Assembly (NCBI GenBank): GCA_012295275.1
Contig: CM022668.1
Coordinates: 4,030,001 to 4,094,000 of the forward strand
Origin: Chrysomallon squamiferum
Lineage: Eukaryota > Animalia > Mollusca
Length of the DNA stretch: 64,000 nucleotides
Direction of reading: 5' to 3'
The notes below the pieces were generated by a model. The model had not been told where the DNA came from and made no database searches. It saw nothing but the letters and a program-made list of their open reading frames with translations. Positions within the stretch are counted from its first letter, which is position 1. The number at the start of each line of letters is the position of its first letter. The position numbers and the translations under genes were made by a program. Shown here piece by piece: positions 39,282-53,471 of this stretch.

Positions 39282-41515
39282 TGGAATTAACACTGGCAAT
39301 ATTTACCATCTGAAAAACAAAATGAAAGTTAATAAGAAGAAATACGTTTAGAATTTACAACAGCAGGAAGAATAAACAGCTAGAGAAAATGATGACGACG
39401 ATGATGATTAAATAACATCATGAAGTAATAAAAATTAAATAAGTTTTGGATGAAAACTGCAATAAGAATAAAATAGATCAACAGTGATGATATTAAATTG
39501 AGCAAAACGAACAGTTGCGGATATACAAAAGACTAATGATAACCAATATGGCGGATGTAGATTCGCGAAAATCTCTGTGCAGTTACGTCATGAATATATT
39601 TTCAGAATGAAATTAATATTCATTATGAAAAAAATATTAATAAAAATAAAGAAAATTGATCAGTTTCAGAAACTAACCGTGGCACGCAATATTTGTGTGT
39701 CTTACCGGAAACACGAATAAAAACAACACACAGCTCAGTTCACGTTCAGCGGGACAAAATGTCACAAATAAGGTTTCACTTTTCTTCATGTTTGTTTTCT
39801 TCAGAATATTTGCGGTATTTTTGCTTCACAAACACTACTACCACCGCCATAAATGGACAATAACACAAGATAATAATAATAATAATAATAATAATACTAC
39901 TAATAATAATAATAATAATGACCAAAAATATTTTGATAGCAAAGTATTTCAAGAATCAAACTATTAAAACAGTACTATTTGCATTGCGAATGTAATCTAG
40001 CTAAAGTAAATAAATTAATGATGATGATAATATAAAAGAAATAACGAAATAATGAAATGAACATATCAAAACAACAATGAATAAAAAACAAAAACAACGA
40101 AAAAAACTAAGAATACTGTAACATGATATTTTATGAACGCAGAAAGGCCAAGAAAACAGTTATTATAAAATACTGAGATGTTAATTTTGTGCTGACAATA
40201 ACAGCACAGGTGAGCATTACTACACAGATAACAACTGGTAGGAAAAATAATCACATGTAATAAACGTGGTGTTCAATGAGGTTTGCAGATGTGACCACAA
40301 GTTACTGACCTCTGGCCTCTTATTAATTAAATACGTTTCCATTTTCATACTGAGATGATAAACACGATTAACAAACAGTCTAGCGACGTCTGTCAACAAG
40401 CAGCCTTCAATAAGAGCAAGTTTAGGGTTTATCTCAGAGAAGCCGTGTTCGTGTCGAGTTTATTCTCAGATACACAGATGTCTAGATGAGATCAGAAATA
40501 AACTCAAGAAAATATGCAGAAAATGCACTCATCCGAACTGAGACAGAATTAGGTAAAAACCAAGACGTAATTTGTTAAAAGTAAGATTTAAATTGATATA
40601 CAATTCAGTTGGTTGAAACCGAGATAAAGTAGGTTAAGTGTTAAATACAGAGTGTTAATATAATGTATTAATATAAAAAAGTGTAATCGTTCAAAAATAT
40701 CATAAACCAAGAAATATTTGTCACATATAAACCAAGAAAAAATTGTTTAATCTCAAGATGCAAAAGAAACACAAAGATCAATCAGTTAAAACTAAAAATG
40801 AATGCAGTAAGTGAAAAAGAACAAAAAATACACAAATTTTAAACTACAGTAATTTAAAACTAAGATAACATCAAGCTACAGTGATGAAAACTGAGACAGC
40901 AGAAACGTGGTCAAGAGAAATGTTTGAGAAGTCAGTGAAAATGTTTGTAAAGCACACTGCAGCAGCTGGACGACTCTGTGATCAGACTCGCTGTCAGTGA
41001 ATGACAGGCCAATTAGACACCAGTCTATTTATATCACACACCTAGAACATTCTGCGCTAAGAGACTCGAAACACTAAGTCGAGAACCTGAAATAACGAAC
41101 TATAACTACCTCATATGAAACTTAAGAAAAAAAAAGTAATCTTCGAAATACTAATTTATAATGATTTATCGTCTGTTTGAAGCATGAGCCTTGTTTTTAC
41201 CATTATTTTACAAAGCAATGCTGCGTTTTATATTACAAAATGTGAATTCTTTGAGAAAAAAGTGTGGTGAAAAAAGAAGAAATTAGTGATAATCGGTGTA
41301 TGCTAATTAGTGTGTTTGTAATGATTTGTACTACTCTAGCTTTAAATTATCTGAACCCATCCAGGAATCGTTAATTCAGTTTTATATATCGACGCAGTTA
41401 GCAGGAATGTCAGTAGAGATTTAATAACCGGAAACAGAGAAAACGCAGTGAGTTAGTCAAATAATCTTTAGCCAGCAGCAGCTAGATGATATCACGAAAT
41501 TAGAATGTGAAGAAA

Positions 41516-41542
41516 ACGATTTTAAAATTAGATGAGGTCAAC

Positions 41543-41576
<34 letters not shown>

Positions 41577-41603
41577 GTTGACCTCATCTAATTTTAAAAT
41601 CGT
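41516..41603. repeat. Perfect 88-bp palindrome centred on (AT)15
   Basis: ACGATTTTAAAATTAGATGAGGTCAACAG-(AT)15-CTGTTGACCTCATCTAATTTTAAAATCGT; the 29-bp arms are exact reverse complements. Confidence 0.97.
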
Positions 41604-41956
41604 ATATATATAATTATGTTTTCCTGTTTAGATGTAGGGGAGTAAGTTCAGGTGTGTTTATGACTTCTGTTTTAGGAAGATAATCAGCTGTTGTAACGTT
41701 TGAGACTGGACATTGTGTAATGAATATGTCCCAGTGTTACACTAAAACGTCACTACAGAGGCTGAGTTTCAGTCGATGCTACAGAGATGTCGTTGTCACA
41801 AACACTTTGAGACTCTGGCTGCAGCTTGACGCTGAACGTGACCACAACCGTGTGAGAACAGTAATAACAATAACAGTAAGGAGAACGATTGCGACAGCAT
41901 GAAAACCCTTACGTAGATCACCAATGTATCAACATAACGGTAGATGTGAATATATA

Positions 41957-42004
<48 letters not shown>

Positions 42005-42564
42005 CATATATGAATACGTATATATGTGGGTGTATATTTTAAGATTTGAACATTCTCTGTCTTGTGAACGCCTGATTTGACTCTGAACATAAACAATATT
42101 CGGGAACACACTGGCGCAGGATTACAAAGTCGAATCACGTATGTATGTATGTGTCTGTGTGTATGTATGTATGTATGTATGTATGTGTGTATGTATGTAT
42201 GTATGTATGAGTGTATGTATGTGTGTGTGTGTATGTATGTATGTATGTACGTGTGTGTGTGTGTATGTATGTATGTGTGTATGTATGTATGTGTGTATGT
42301 ATGTATGTATGTATGTATGAATTTATGTATTTATGTATGTATGTATGAATGTATGAATGTATGTATGCATGTATGCATGTATGTATGTATGTATGTTTGA
42401 CAGTTTCTGGCATTTATCACATACATATTTGCAATTTTTATTATAATCTGACATTCATTTACTATAAATATACAATTGTATCTACATGTTATTTTCAAAC
42501 TGGTATATAATAAATATCAGTTTTTGGCATATATCAAAATAATACTATATAGACGTTCAAAGTA

Positions 42565-42782
42565 TATATTACATACAGACATATATAAACTGTGTATTAC
42601 ATGCAGACATACAAACTGTGTATTACATGTAGACATATAAACTGTGTATTACATGCAGACATATATAAACTGTGTATTACATGCAGACATATATAAACTG
42701 TGTGTTACATATAGACATATAAACTATGTATTACATATATACATATATAAACTATGTATTACAAATATACATATATAAACAC
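42565..42782. repeat. ~25-29-bp minisatellite, ~7 copies
   Basis: Unit ACAT(AT)nAAACTGTGTATTACATGCAG with variable AT length. Confidence 0.85.
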
Positions 42783-43729
42783 ACACACTTTCACAATACA
42801 GTTAGTAACTTGAACTGACAAGATTTCACATGAAATAATGGAAGACACCTTGATTTAAATATTTTAAATATATGTGGATTATTTGTAAATTTAACATGAT
42901 AAGATTGCTGTGTTCATTTGAATATTACACCTTCAATGTAACTATACAAATGTTTGCAACGATCATAATTAGAGGCATAATTATAAGTATGAATTACACA
43001 CGTTCATGAACTAGAGATCATATTTTTAAAGACTTATTGCAAACGTTACACTCAAACGTACTGCTTACGTCACAGAAAAATCTACTTTTGAGACTATGTT
43101 GTATAGATCGCACTTAAATGTACACACATTTAACTGTACAAATCACTCACAAATTTATTTAACAGATTCACACAAATGAACAGAAAAGTGTTGTTTAGAG
43201 GCAGTACTGAAGCTGAACAATGTAGCTGCGGAATGCATTAAGCCATTCACAGATATAAAAGAAAAACGCAGAACAAGTGATAACTGACCACTGGTCAGAA
43301 ATAAAAATAGTTAGTAACAAGAACTAATACATGTTTATGTACAGTACTGTCATACTAATTACATACCGAAAATAATGACTGCAAAAAGGCATACATATAT
43401 ACATATATAAATAACTACATAAGTGCGAAAACACGCAAATGTGTGCAGGCTTGCATACATGCATAGATACACACACGCGAACGATCGACCACATGCACAC
43501 ACACACACATACAAAAATCTACGCATGCACGTGTATTCAAACATCGAGATATTCAGTTTCTATGTGTGTTTCTATGTGTATTTTGTTATACACGTCAGTT
43601 AGAAACATTAACGTACCGTGAGAACGGACGGACAATGAAAACGCCTAAAACGTCACAGACTGCTGTAGACAGATTAAACGTTAAACACAACACAGAGATT
43701 GGGTTTACTGTTCTACACACTAATACACG

Positions 43730-44175
43730 ACACCTGGGCTTATTGTGATACAACATAAAATAAGTGAAAACTAGATTTATTGTAATAGAATGCAAAGAAA
43801 ACAATAAACACGTGAAAAAATGGATTTATTGTAATACAACATAAAATACATAAAAGTTAGGTTTATTGTAATACAATGTAAATCAAACATAAAATACGTG
43901 AAAACTGGGTTTACTATAATACTAATACTAATACTAATAAATACATAAAAACTGGGTTTATTGCAATACAACATAAAGAAATATTAAATACATAAAAACT
44001 AGGTTTATTGTAATACGATATAAACAAAACACAAAATACATGAAAACGGGTTAATTGTAACAGAATGTACAGAAAAGATAAAATACATGACAACTGGGTT
44101 TATTGTAATACAACATAAAGAAATATTAAATACATTAAAAAAATGGGTTTATTGTAATAGAATGTAAAGAAATCC
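43730..44175. repeat. Degenerate ~35-50-bp tandem repeat
   Basis: Recurring AAAACT(G/A)GGTTTATTGTAATACAACATAAA core, ~9 copies. Confidence 0.75.
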
Positions 44176-46609
44176 AATACGTGAAACGAAAGAAGAAAAA
44201 AAGAACAGGACAAAACCCTTACAACAAATCGAAAGAGGCAGACAACAGAGAACAGATGAAGACAATTAACATAGTTATGTAAGGAAGCTAATTAAGTCGT
44301 GTTGAAGCTTAACTCTTTGAGTAACATTACCCAGGCAACAGGAATAACAACTTACACAGTGGTATATCCTGTCTGTGTAGTTTACGTCTATCCATTTCAA
44401 CTCGTTTTCTTAATCAGCAAGTATCTGTCCTCGCTTTCATACACTATAGATAGTTTCCCAAGTTACGTGCTTCCCCTGAACACTGCAGTTTGCTCTGTTG
44501 ATGTATCTGTTACCATTGCACTATTTTATTTACGGTTTCTGTATTTGAAGTTTTCTACGTATAGGGATCACTGGTGCTTTCTCAATTGTTTTACTTATAT
44601 ATCTGCCTGTCTGTGGCGAGGTGACATGTTATTGCCGTTTTGCCTGTGTTTCTTTTTCTTCTTCTTCTTTTTTCTTTTTTTCATCACTAGTTTCTTATAT
44701 ATATGTTTTAAGGAAGCTGTTCTGTGCTCACGGACTGGGGTTAGTGTGCTATTAAAACAGAATATTCTCAAGTTGCCCTGTCTATTGTTTGTATCGATTT
44801 ATCTGATTTATTTATTAATTCAGAGAGAATTGACAAGAAACATTCACGATTTTCTTTTAAAGCAGATTTTAGGCTTTCAGGAATAGTTAGAAAACAGACT
44901 GAACAAACGTAATGATGTTTTAGATAACACTGGAGATTTGTAACTGGGTAACTCGTAACTTTGGTTATTAGTGCCTGCTTTCACTGTGACGTCACTCTAC
45001 CTAGTAACTTGCACTGTCTAGTTACACGTAATCGAGAGAAACCGATACTCCGCGTGACGTAAGTTCGCGATATTTCTTTTTCTCTTTCCTAATGGAAAGA
45101 CGACGAGGTGTTCACAAGTAACACAACAGCAGCAACAGCAACAACAACAAGAACTGCAGCAATTGTAGCATCAATAATAATAATAATAATAAATAATAAT
45201 AATAATAAAAGTAGTAGAAGTAGTTGTGGTAGTAATAATAGCAATAGTAGTAGTAGATGAATGGTAATGTAGTATATGTTTGTGTATTTTCTACAACAAT
45301 TGTAATCATCAAATAACTATACAAATATTAATAATTTTTCTGATACAAATACGTATAGAACTGTAATGTTTACTGTATCCACAGTGAAAACTTTAAAGTT
45401 TATAAAATGTGCATGGTTAGAAAATTAACACACACACACACGCACATACACAGTCATACATATATTCAAACAGACAATGAAGAACTAAACAACGAAAGAA
45501 AAAGAAACTTAGAACACTTTTAGTATTACTAAAGTTTCTCTGTTGTTATTTTATTACAGCTGATGTTTATAGTTATTTTAATATTACCAGAAAGATTTGA
45601 ATTATATATATTTTTAAATAAAATAAACTTACATAATGTTTTGTTTAAACTGCATCTCACAGTTCAGAAACGAACAAATAACAAGAAACATATTGAAATA
45701 AAACAAGAACACCTAAAACGAAATGATTTTCGATGTATGTTGTTAATGTTTTTACTGGATGTAATAAACAAACCAGTGAAAATATCACCTCATTAGGTCT
45801 TCACATATTTACATCTTCTCTGTGTTTTACACTTATGGAGAAGTAAGTTGCTATCTTTCTATCATCTATACCATTTTCATATATTTTATAAACTAATTCT
45901 TTTTGAAATAGTTACTTTCCAAATATTCTACAATGCGTGGTTTAATTGTAATAATTTCCTTTGTTTTGTATTACCATGCAGCAGCCATTTTGTTTTAATA
46001 AAATAAAATGAAATTAATATCTGTCGCCTTCTCACACCTGGACCTTGTTTCAGAGAATTACACAACACGTTGTAGAGCTTATCTTCTGCTTGTTAGCTGT
46101 TATACAAGTCAGAAAGAGCGCCGTACAGACAGACAGACAGACAGACAGAGAGACAGGCAGTCAGAGGAGAGAGCCATCGACTGCTGTGTCAAACACGATT
46201 TCCTGACTAACGAGAATGAAAATATAATTCAGTATCTAGTAGCCAAAAATACCTTCAAAAACTAATTGCTATTTTAACATATTAAAGAAATATCCATTTA
46301 CTTAGGTTATTAATCTTTCTGTTTGATGATTTTTTAAAAATGATTTTTCTGATGAGCCATTTATCGTTATCTAGAAAGACTGATGAATTATGTTTGTTTT
46401 CAACACGTTTGTTTTGAATGTGCAAGTTTATGATCTCAGGATGTATACTTAATGCTTTTATATTGTACATTACGTATTTAATTTATTCAGTCATAAACAT
46501 TTTCTAAACATTCAGTGTTATGAACTGCTTGTTATGTAATTATATGGAGTGTAATTCCCAACATTACAACATTTGTGAGATAGATATTGTGATTAAAACA
46601 GTATTAACA

Positions 46610-48015
46610 GGATTGTAATGCACACTGTATTGCAATGATTACAAATGATACTAAAATGTTTGTAACGAACACTATATTGTAATAATTATAAATGATATTA
46701 AAATGTTAGTAACGCACACTGTATTGCAATAATTATAAATGATACTAAAATGTTTGTAACGAACACTATATTGTAATGAGTATAAATGATATTAAAATGT
46801 TAGTAACGCAAACTATATTGCAATGACTATAAATGATATTAAAATGTTTGTAACGCACACTATATTGCAATAATTATAAATGATATCAAAATTTTAGTAA
46901 AACACTGTATTGCAATGATTATAAATCATTCTAAAATGTTTGTAACGCACACTATATTGCAATGATTATAAATGATATTAAAATTTTAGTAAAACACTGT
47001 ATTGCAATGATTATAAATGATACTAAAATGTTTGTAACGCACATTATATTGCAATGATTGTAAATGATACTAAAATGTTTGTAACGCAGACTGTATTGCA
47101 ATGATTATGAATGATATTAACATTTTTGTAACGCACACTGTATTGCAATGATTGCAAATGATATTCAAATGTTAGTAACGCACACTATATCGGTAATGAT
47201 TATATATGATATTCAAATGTTTGTAAGGAACACTATATTGCAATGACTATAAATGCTATTCAAATTTTTGTAACGCAAAAAGTATTGCAATGATTATAAA
47301 TGATTTTAATAATATTTGTAATGCACCTATGTTGCAATGATTATGAATGATATTCAAATGTTTGTAACGCACCCTATATTGCAATGATTATGAATGATAT
47401 TAAAATGTTTGTAAAGCACCCTATGTTGCAATGATTATGAATGATATTAAAATGTTCGTAACGCACACTGTATTGCAATGATTATAAATGATTTTAATAA
47501 TGTTTGTAACGCACCCTATATTGCAATCATTATGAATGATATTAAAATGTTTGTAACGCACCCTATATTGCAATAATTATAAATGATTTTAATAATGTTT
47601 GTAACGCACCCTATATTGCAGTGATTATGAATGATATTAAAATGTTTGTAACGCGCACTATATTGCAATGATTATGAATGATATTAAAATGTTTGTAACG
47701 CACACTATATTGCAATAATTATGAATGATATTAAAAATGTTTGTAACGCGCACTGTATTGCAATGATTATAATTGATATTAAAATGTTTGTAACGCACCC
47801 TATATTGCTATGATTCTAAATGATATTCGAGATATTTGTAACGCGCAGTATATCGCAATGATTGTAAATGATATTAAAATGTTTGTAACGCACACACTTA
47901 CTGCAGTGATTGTAAATGATATTAGGATATTTGTAACTCACACGCTGTTTTGCAATGATTATGAATGATATTAAAAATATAACGCACACTGTATTACATG
48001 ATTACAAATAATGTT
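46610..48015. repeat. 47-bp minisatellite, ~30 copies
   Basis: Unit AATGATTATAAATGATATTAAAATGTTTGTAACGCACACTATATTGC; period 47 (for example 46633 to 46680). Confidence 0.95.
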
Positions 48016-48397
48016 AAGATATTTACATATTTACATGGTCATTTATTCCACAATGTAGCTTGAAAATAAATATACACATTAATTATAAAATACAGAGTTA
48101 AACGAAAACGAAATCTGAAAATACCAAACTTATAATTTTGAATTTAAAAAATTAAATTGTACTTTCTTTAAATGGCATCGCTTAGAATTTAATTCAAAAT
48201 AAACTTTAGGTATTGTATTACCTAGAATTTAATCAAAAAGACGTTTCTGAGATTAAAAAAAAAAGTAATAATAATAATAAATAAATAAATAAATAAATAA
48301 AAAGTGTTTTTTAAATTTTGAACGTAATGTAAGAAACAGAGCGTAGCTACAACGTAATGAATAATTAATAAAATAAATAGATAAATGAACTACTTAC

Positions 48398-48615
48398 AAC
48401 AGAGGGTGATAAGTGAAAAACGCTGTAGAAGTGTGGAACACGCAGCTGACATGATAAGTAAGTAATGATTCTCATACACAAACTAATCCCTGCTACTACA
48501 CACACGATGTCGCTGCCGTAGTTCTGCTGTCCACAGACTGCGGTTGCGCTTCTCGGTGGCGATCGATCGACTCGCTGCCTGGACGTGAATGAACGTTGTG
48601 AAACAGCTCCACGAC
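48398..48615 (-). other. Candidate first (5' UTR) exon/promoter island of the 38130-39281 GPCR
   Basis: CpG/GC-rich island at 48500-48615 in an AT-rich background; minus-strand donor GTT|GTAAGTA at 48398. Confidence 0.35.
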
Positions 48616-48723
48616 TTTCTTTTCTATGATATCTTTTATTACAGAATCTCCTTTTTACTGCCTGCTGAGTCTTATCTGATGACCGGGTTCACCTTCATTC
48701 TTCATTCATATCTAGTTTGAATC

Positions 48724-48785
<62 letters not shown>

Positions 48786-48917
48786 TATGAGTGTGTGTGT
48801 GTGTGTTTCAGACAAATACGTACCCGAAATTATTAATTGTTTGGATGTGTGTGTGTCATTGTGCATGAGAGAGAGACAGACAAACATACACACATGGAGA
48901 GTGGTTTGTGTGTATGA

Positions 48918-48953
<36 letters not shown>

Positions 48954-50392
48954 AATTGACAGAAATGTATACGTTTGTGCGTTTGTATACATGAGTCACT
49001 GTATCCATGATTTTGTATGTGTAGATTTTAGTTGTATCTAAAATGTTTGTGTGGGTTTCCCAAGCAAGTACGTGTGAGCAAAATGCATATGTGTCAAATT
49101 TACATTTGTAAAAATATGAAACTATATAAATATTAACAAATGGTTCATTACAAATTAACCTTTTTAACACAGAACCAACAGGTAAATATCTGTGAACGCT
49201 TGTTTCGTTTAGCGAGTAAGTATTGTTACTGGCCTAACGTGGTTTCCAGTAAATTAGATATAAAAAACAACAACATTTCAGTGATTATTATTACATTACA
49301 CTCTCCACTAACAAGGCTGCGAGCAACATTTCTCTCGCGTTCTTCAATTAAATAAACGTGATTTGTTACAACGCTGTGAAACTCTGACAGTTTTTTCTCT
49401 ATTTCATTACCAGAAAATGACTTCTTTTGTCTCAAACCTTGCCGCACGGACACTCACTGCGACGTCGTGTTATGTGTGTTATTGATCACTTTGTTGTACC
49501 TTTTGACTTTTTCTCTCTCCTCCATTTCTTAGCTCATATTTCAATGGGCGTGCACATATGTGTGTTCATCAGTGTTTGTACGTAGGCGTATTTGGGTGAA
49601 GGCGTGCATGTATGTATGTGTGTACATGTATGTGTGTATGGTTAGGTGCCTTTGCGTGTAAATGTGTACATATCTTCATATGTATGTATGTATTTTATAT
49701 GTAGATAAGTAAGTGTCTATATACATGAGTGCATATGTGTATATTTTTTGTGTTTGTGTGTTCCTTTATTATGGATATGTATGTATGTATTTATCTATTT
49801 ATCTGTTTCTTTCTCTATCTGTATATATGTGTGTGTGTGTGCGTGTGTGTGTGTTTTACTTATATATTTATGCTTGTCTTTCTTTTTAAAACTTGTTTCT
49901 TTTACACTGATTCTGTTACTAGAGTGATCGTCTTCGGCGACCTCTGATTTTGCACAAATGGGAAACAAGAAGAATACGTAAGTGTTGCTTACAGTGCAAC
50001 ATGCTGGCAGCCAAAACACGAAGTGAAGAGCGTTTTTAAGACTTTTTTCTTGTTTGTACGAGATGACTGAAACCGTCAAAGAAATACTGTGCTTTTTAGT
50101 TTAGTAACAATAACGAAAACAGTAAAATAATAATCACAAGATGATGATGTTGATAACTGCAATACTAGTACTAATAAGAGTAATAACACATCATCATCAA
50201 CAATAACAACAATTAGAATAATAAATATAATTATAATATTAATGAATAACAATAATTCATAACAAGAAAACATCATCAAAAAGAAAAAAAAAAAGAAAGA
50301 AGAAAAACGAGAGGAACTCTAAATAATAAAACAGTATTAATAATTGTAATAATAGTGATGGTAGTATAGTAACAACAACAACAATTACAACA

Positions 50393-50437
<45 letters not shown>

Positions 50438-51295
50438 TAATAACAACAACAACAACAAAAACAAAGACCATAACAACAATAACAATACTAATTTGTATTC
50501 GTATTTTTTGAATAATTAGTTTTAAAAAATTGCTCTATAACGTCATAACTATGTTATGATTTTAATACTGTGGAATTAATGGTGTTTAGTCTCAGAGGGA
50601 AACAGTTGGTTCTTTAGGTTTTTCATTGTCTCGCGTGGCTAATAAGCACTGACAGCTTTCAATACTCGAGCCTAGTGACCTGTGTTCCCGGGAGACGAGT
50701 ATGAAAAAGTAATTTCTCCGATGTATAACTACTAATAACGTAATTATAAATGTAGGTTTATTTGTCTGCGGTCGTTTTTTTTTTTGTGTTTTTTTTTTGT
50801 GGTCTTGTTTGATTGTACATTAAGTAATTCGTGTTTGTGTGGTGACTGCACATAAACGTACTTTAAATAATTCGTGTGTGTGTGAAAACTAAGACGTGTA
50901 AAAAGTTAGACACGTGTGTACTGTATTTAATTCTTTCCATGCAACATCTGAACATAAACTGAGTGCAGATAGTGAACATAACACGTGAAAACAATGTTTC
51001 TATTAATACAAGTTATGAAAACAACATTAATAGGAACATATTATGAAAACAGTATCTTTTGCATATAAGGTTAAAACAATACCTGTAAGAATATAATTCG
51101 TAAAACAACTTGTGTTTGAAGAAAACGGAGTAAACATATAAGTATGAACACAGGATCTGTGTTAATAAAACTAACATGTTTACTAAAACTCACGTACATA
51201 TTTTTATAAATATGTTAACAAAACTTTCATTCTAATATAAAGTAAACGTAACTTCACGGACACAATCATATCATCAGTAGCTTTTATTATTATTA

Positions 51296-51333
<38 letters not shown>

Positions 51334-51354
51334 TTAAATAGATATAGAAATAAA

Positions 51355-51672
51355 AAGTGATAATAACATGGATGTATATCAGTAGTTAATAAAACTGGTT
51401 ATTATTATTATTAGTAGTAGTAATAGCAGTAGTAGTAGTAGTTTTTAAACAGCTAATGGCAGAAATTAGAATTAGTAAAAAAAGGAAGAAAACAAACAGC
51501 TGTGGCTCCAAATGTTTGGGAGGCACCCTGTTCCGTCACTAACTTACGTCAACAATGAAGTTTGTATTATAATTATTGTTATTATTGTTATTTTAACTAG
51601 ATATTTTTGTACTCGAGAAAAAACAAGTGATAATAACATGGATGTATATCAGTAATTAATAAAACTGGTTAT
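51355..51672. repeat. 48-bp direct duplication, 270 bp apart
   Basis: AAGTGATAATAACATGGATGTATATCAGTA(G/A)TTAATAAAACTGGTTAT at 51355-51402 and 51625-51672, one mismatch. Confidence 0.9.
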
Positions 51673-52139
51673 GTGGGTGTAGAAACTAGACACCGCTGCT
51701 TGCAAGAGTTTGTAAAATTTTATATTCAAATTCACATTTATATTTACAATTACTTTTGGTTGTATAATGTTATTAGTCACGCGCAAAGTGAAGAGCTGGT
51801 TTTGTTAGTGCTTGCTGTGTATTGATTTCTCTGACTGACAACGTAGTCACTGCACTTTTTCTCAAATCTGTGAAAAAAAATAATTACGTGAGTGGCTCGA
51901 TGCTTTGAAATTTTAAAAATAAAAGCACTCGAAGCAAGCCAATAACTCTGTGTTATATAAAGTTTTAAAAGTTTTTATTAACTAGATTATTATTTAACAC
52001 ACACACACACACACACACATACATACACACACTCACTAACACACATATACACATATACACATATATATAAATACACATACACATATCTACATACATAGAT
52101 ACAAACGTACATGCATGCATACATACATAAACAGATATA

Positions 52140-52184
<45 letters not shown>

Positions 52185-52185
52185 G

Positions 52186-52241
<56 letters not shown>

Positions 52242-52942
52242 TACATACATACATACATGGAATGACGTGGGAACTAATGATTAACCTCGGCTATTGAGCA
52301 ATCTTATATATACAAACACGAATACGTACATTTATACATAGACATACAATACACAGAAACACATACGTACACTGAGAAATTTACACACAAATACTCAAGT
52401 GAAATCAACTGAGCACGGTCTGATGAAACTGTGGCTATCTAACAGGACTCTTAAAACGAAGAAATAATTCAATTAATTCATTTCTCAAGTGTGAATGGAT
52501 GAAATAAGTCATATTAAGAATATCACTGGACATGAAAATTCCATCGCCTGTAATTTAATCACTCAATTCTGATCGATACTATTGTAACTTTTATCAAGGA
52601 AATTTTCAACTTCAGTCTTTACTCGTCAGTCAGGACAACATGAATTTTAGATTTTTATTAGAAACTTTCTGGATGTGATAAGGTTTATAATTTTTTAATG
52701 GTTCTGGACTAATATTGACCAAGTTAGCTTGTCGTTCTCCTAGTCTCACACACGTAACATTACAGTTTTCTTTATGCACGTCCTAAATGTTCTCCAGACG
52801 CAATTTAAATATTTAAATAGTGTTGGTTCAGGTGAACGTTTAATTTTGTTTTTGTGAATTATAAAAACCAGCAGTATCATGCTCAGCGTGTTGTTAGTGT
52901 TAAAAAAAGAAGAAAATCAACAACAAAATAACAATAATTATC

Positions 52943-53032
<90 letters not shown>

Positions 53033-53471
53033 CGTACACACACACACACTCACAGTCATAAATACAAATTAAATGCGACGGTATTTTAGATATTCTTAAA
53101 GCAACAATAACAGTACAATTACGAAGTAACGCCTTTTGAGACAATATAGCAGGTCGATATTACAAGATAACAGCGTCCTGTCCCTGATTGTAACTATTAT
53201 TTTATTATTGCAGTGTTTAGTGTCACTAATCGAGATGAAAACAACTACCCACTCCATCTAGAAGAGACAAGTTCGCAGTTTATTCACTTTGCTTTTTGTA
53301 TCAAACAAGAGAAAACAAAACGCAGGAAACTACCAACAAAACAACACGTTTGTGAAAGACACGGTATTTTGTACATTATTGTCACAGCTCTAAGTAATAC
53401 AAATTATAATATTCTTTATTCATTGTTCTTTCTCGCAGCTTTTCATCTTCCTTTTCTGTTCTGCACTGAAA

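Noticed and set aside
39282-39299. TTG start for GPCR3 given by the track
   Set aside because: Eukaryotic gene with an in-frame ATG six codons downstream.
44299-44886. 195-aa plus-strand ORF
   Set aside because: GTG start, T-rich low-complexity composition (poly-Phe) and no family motifs; probably chance.
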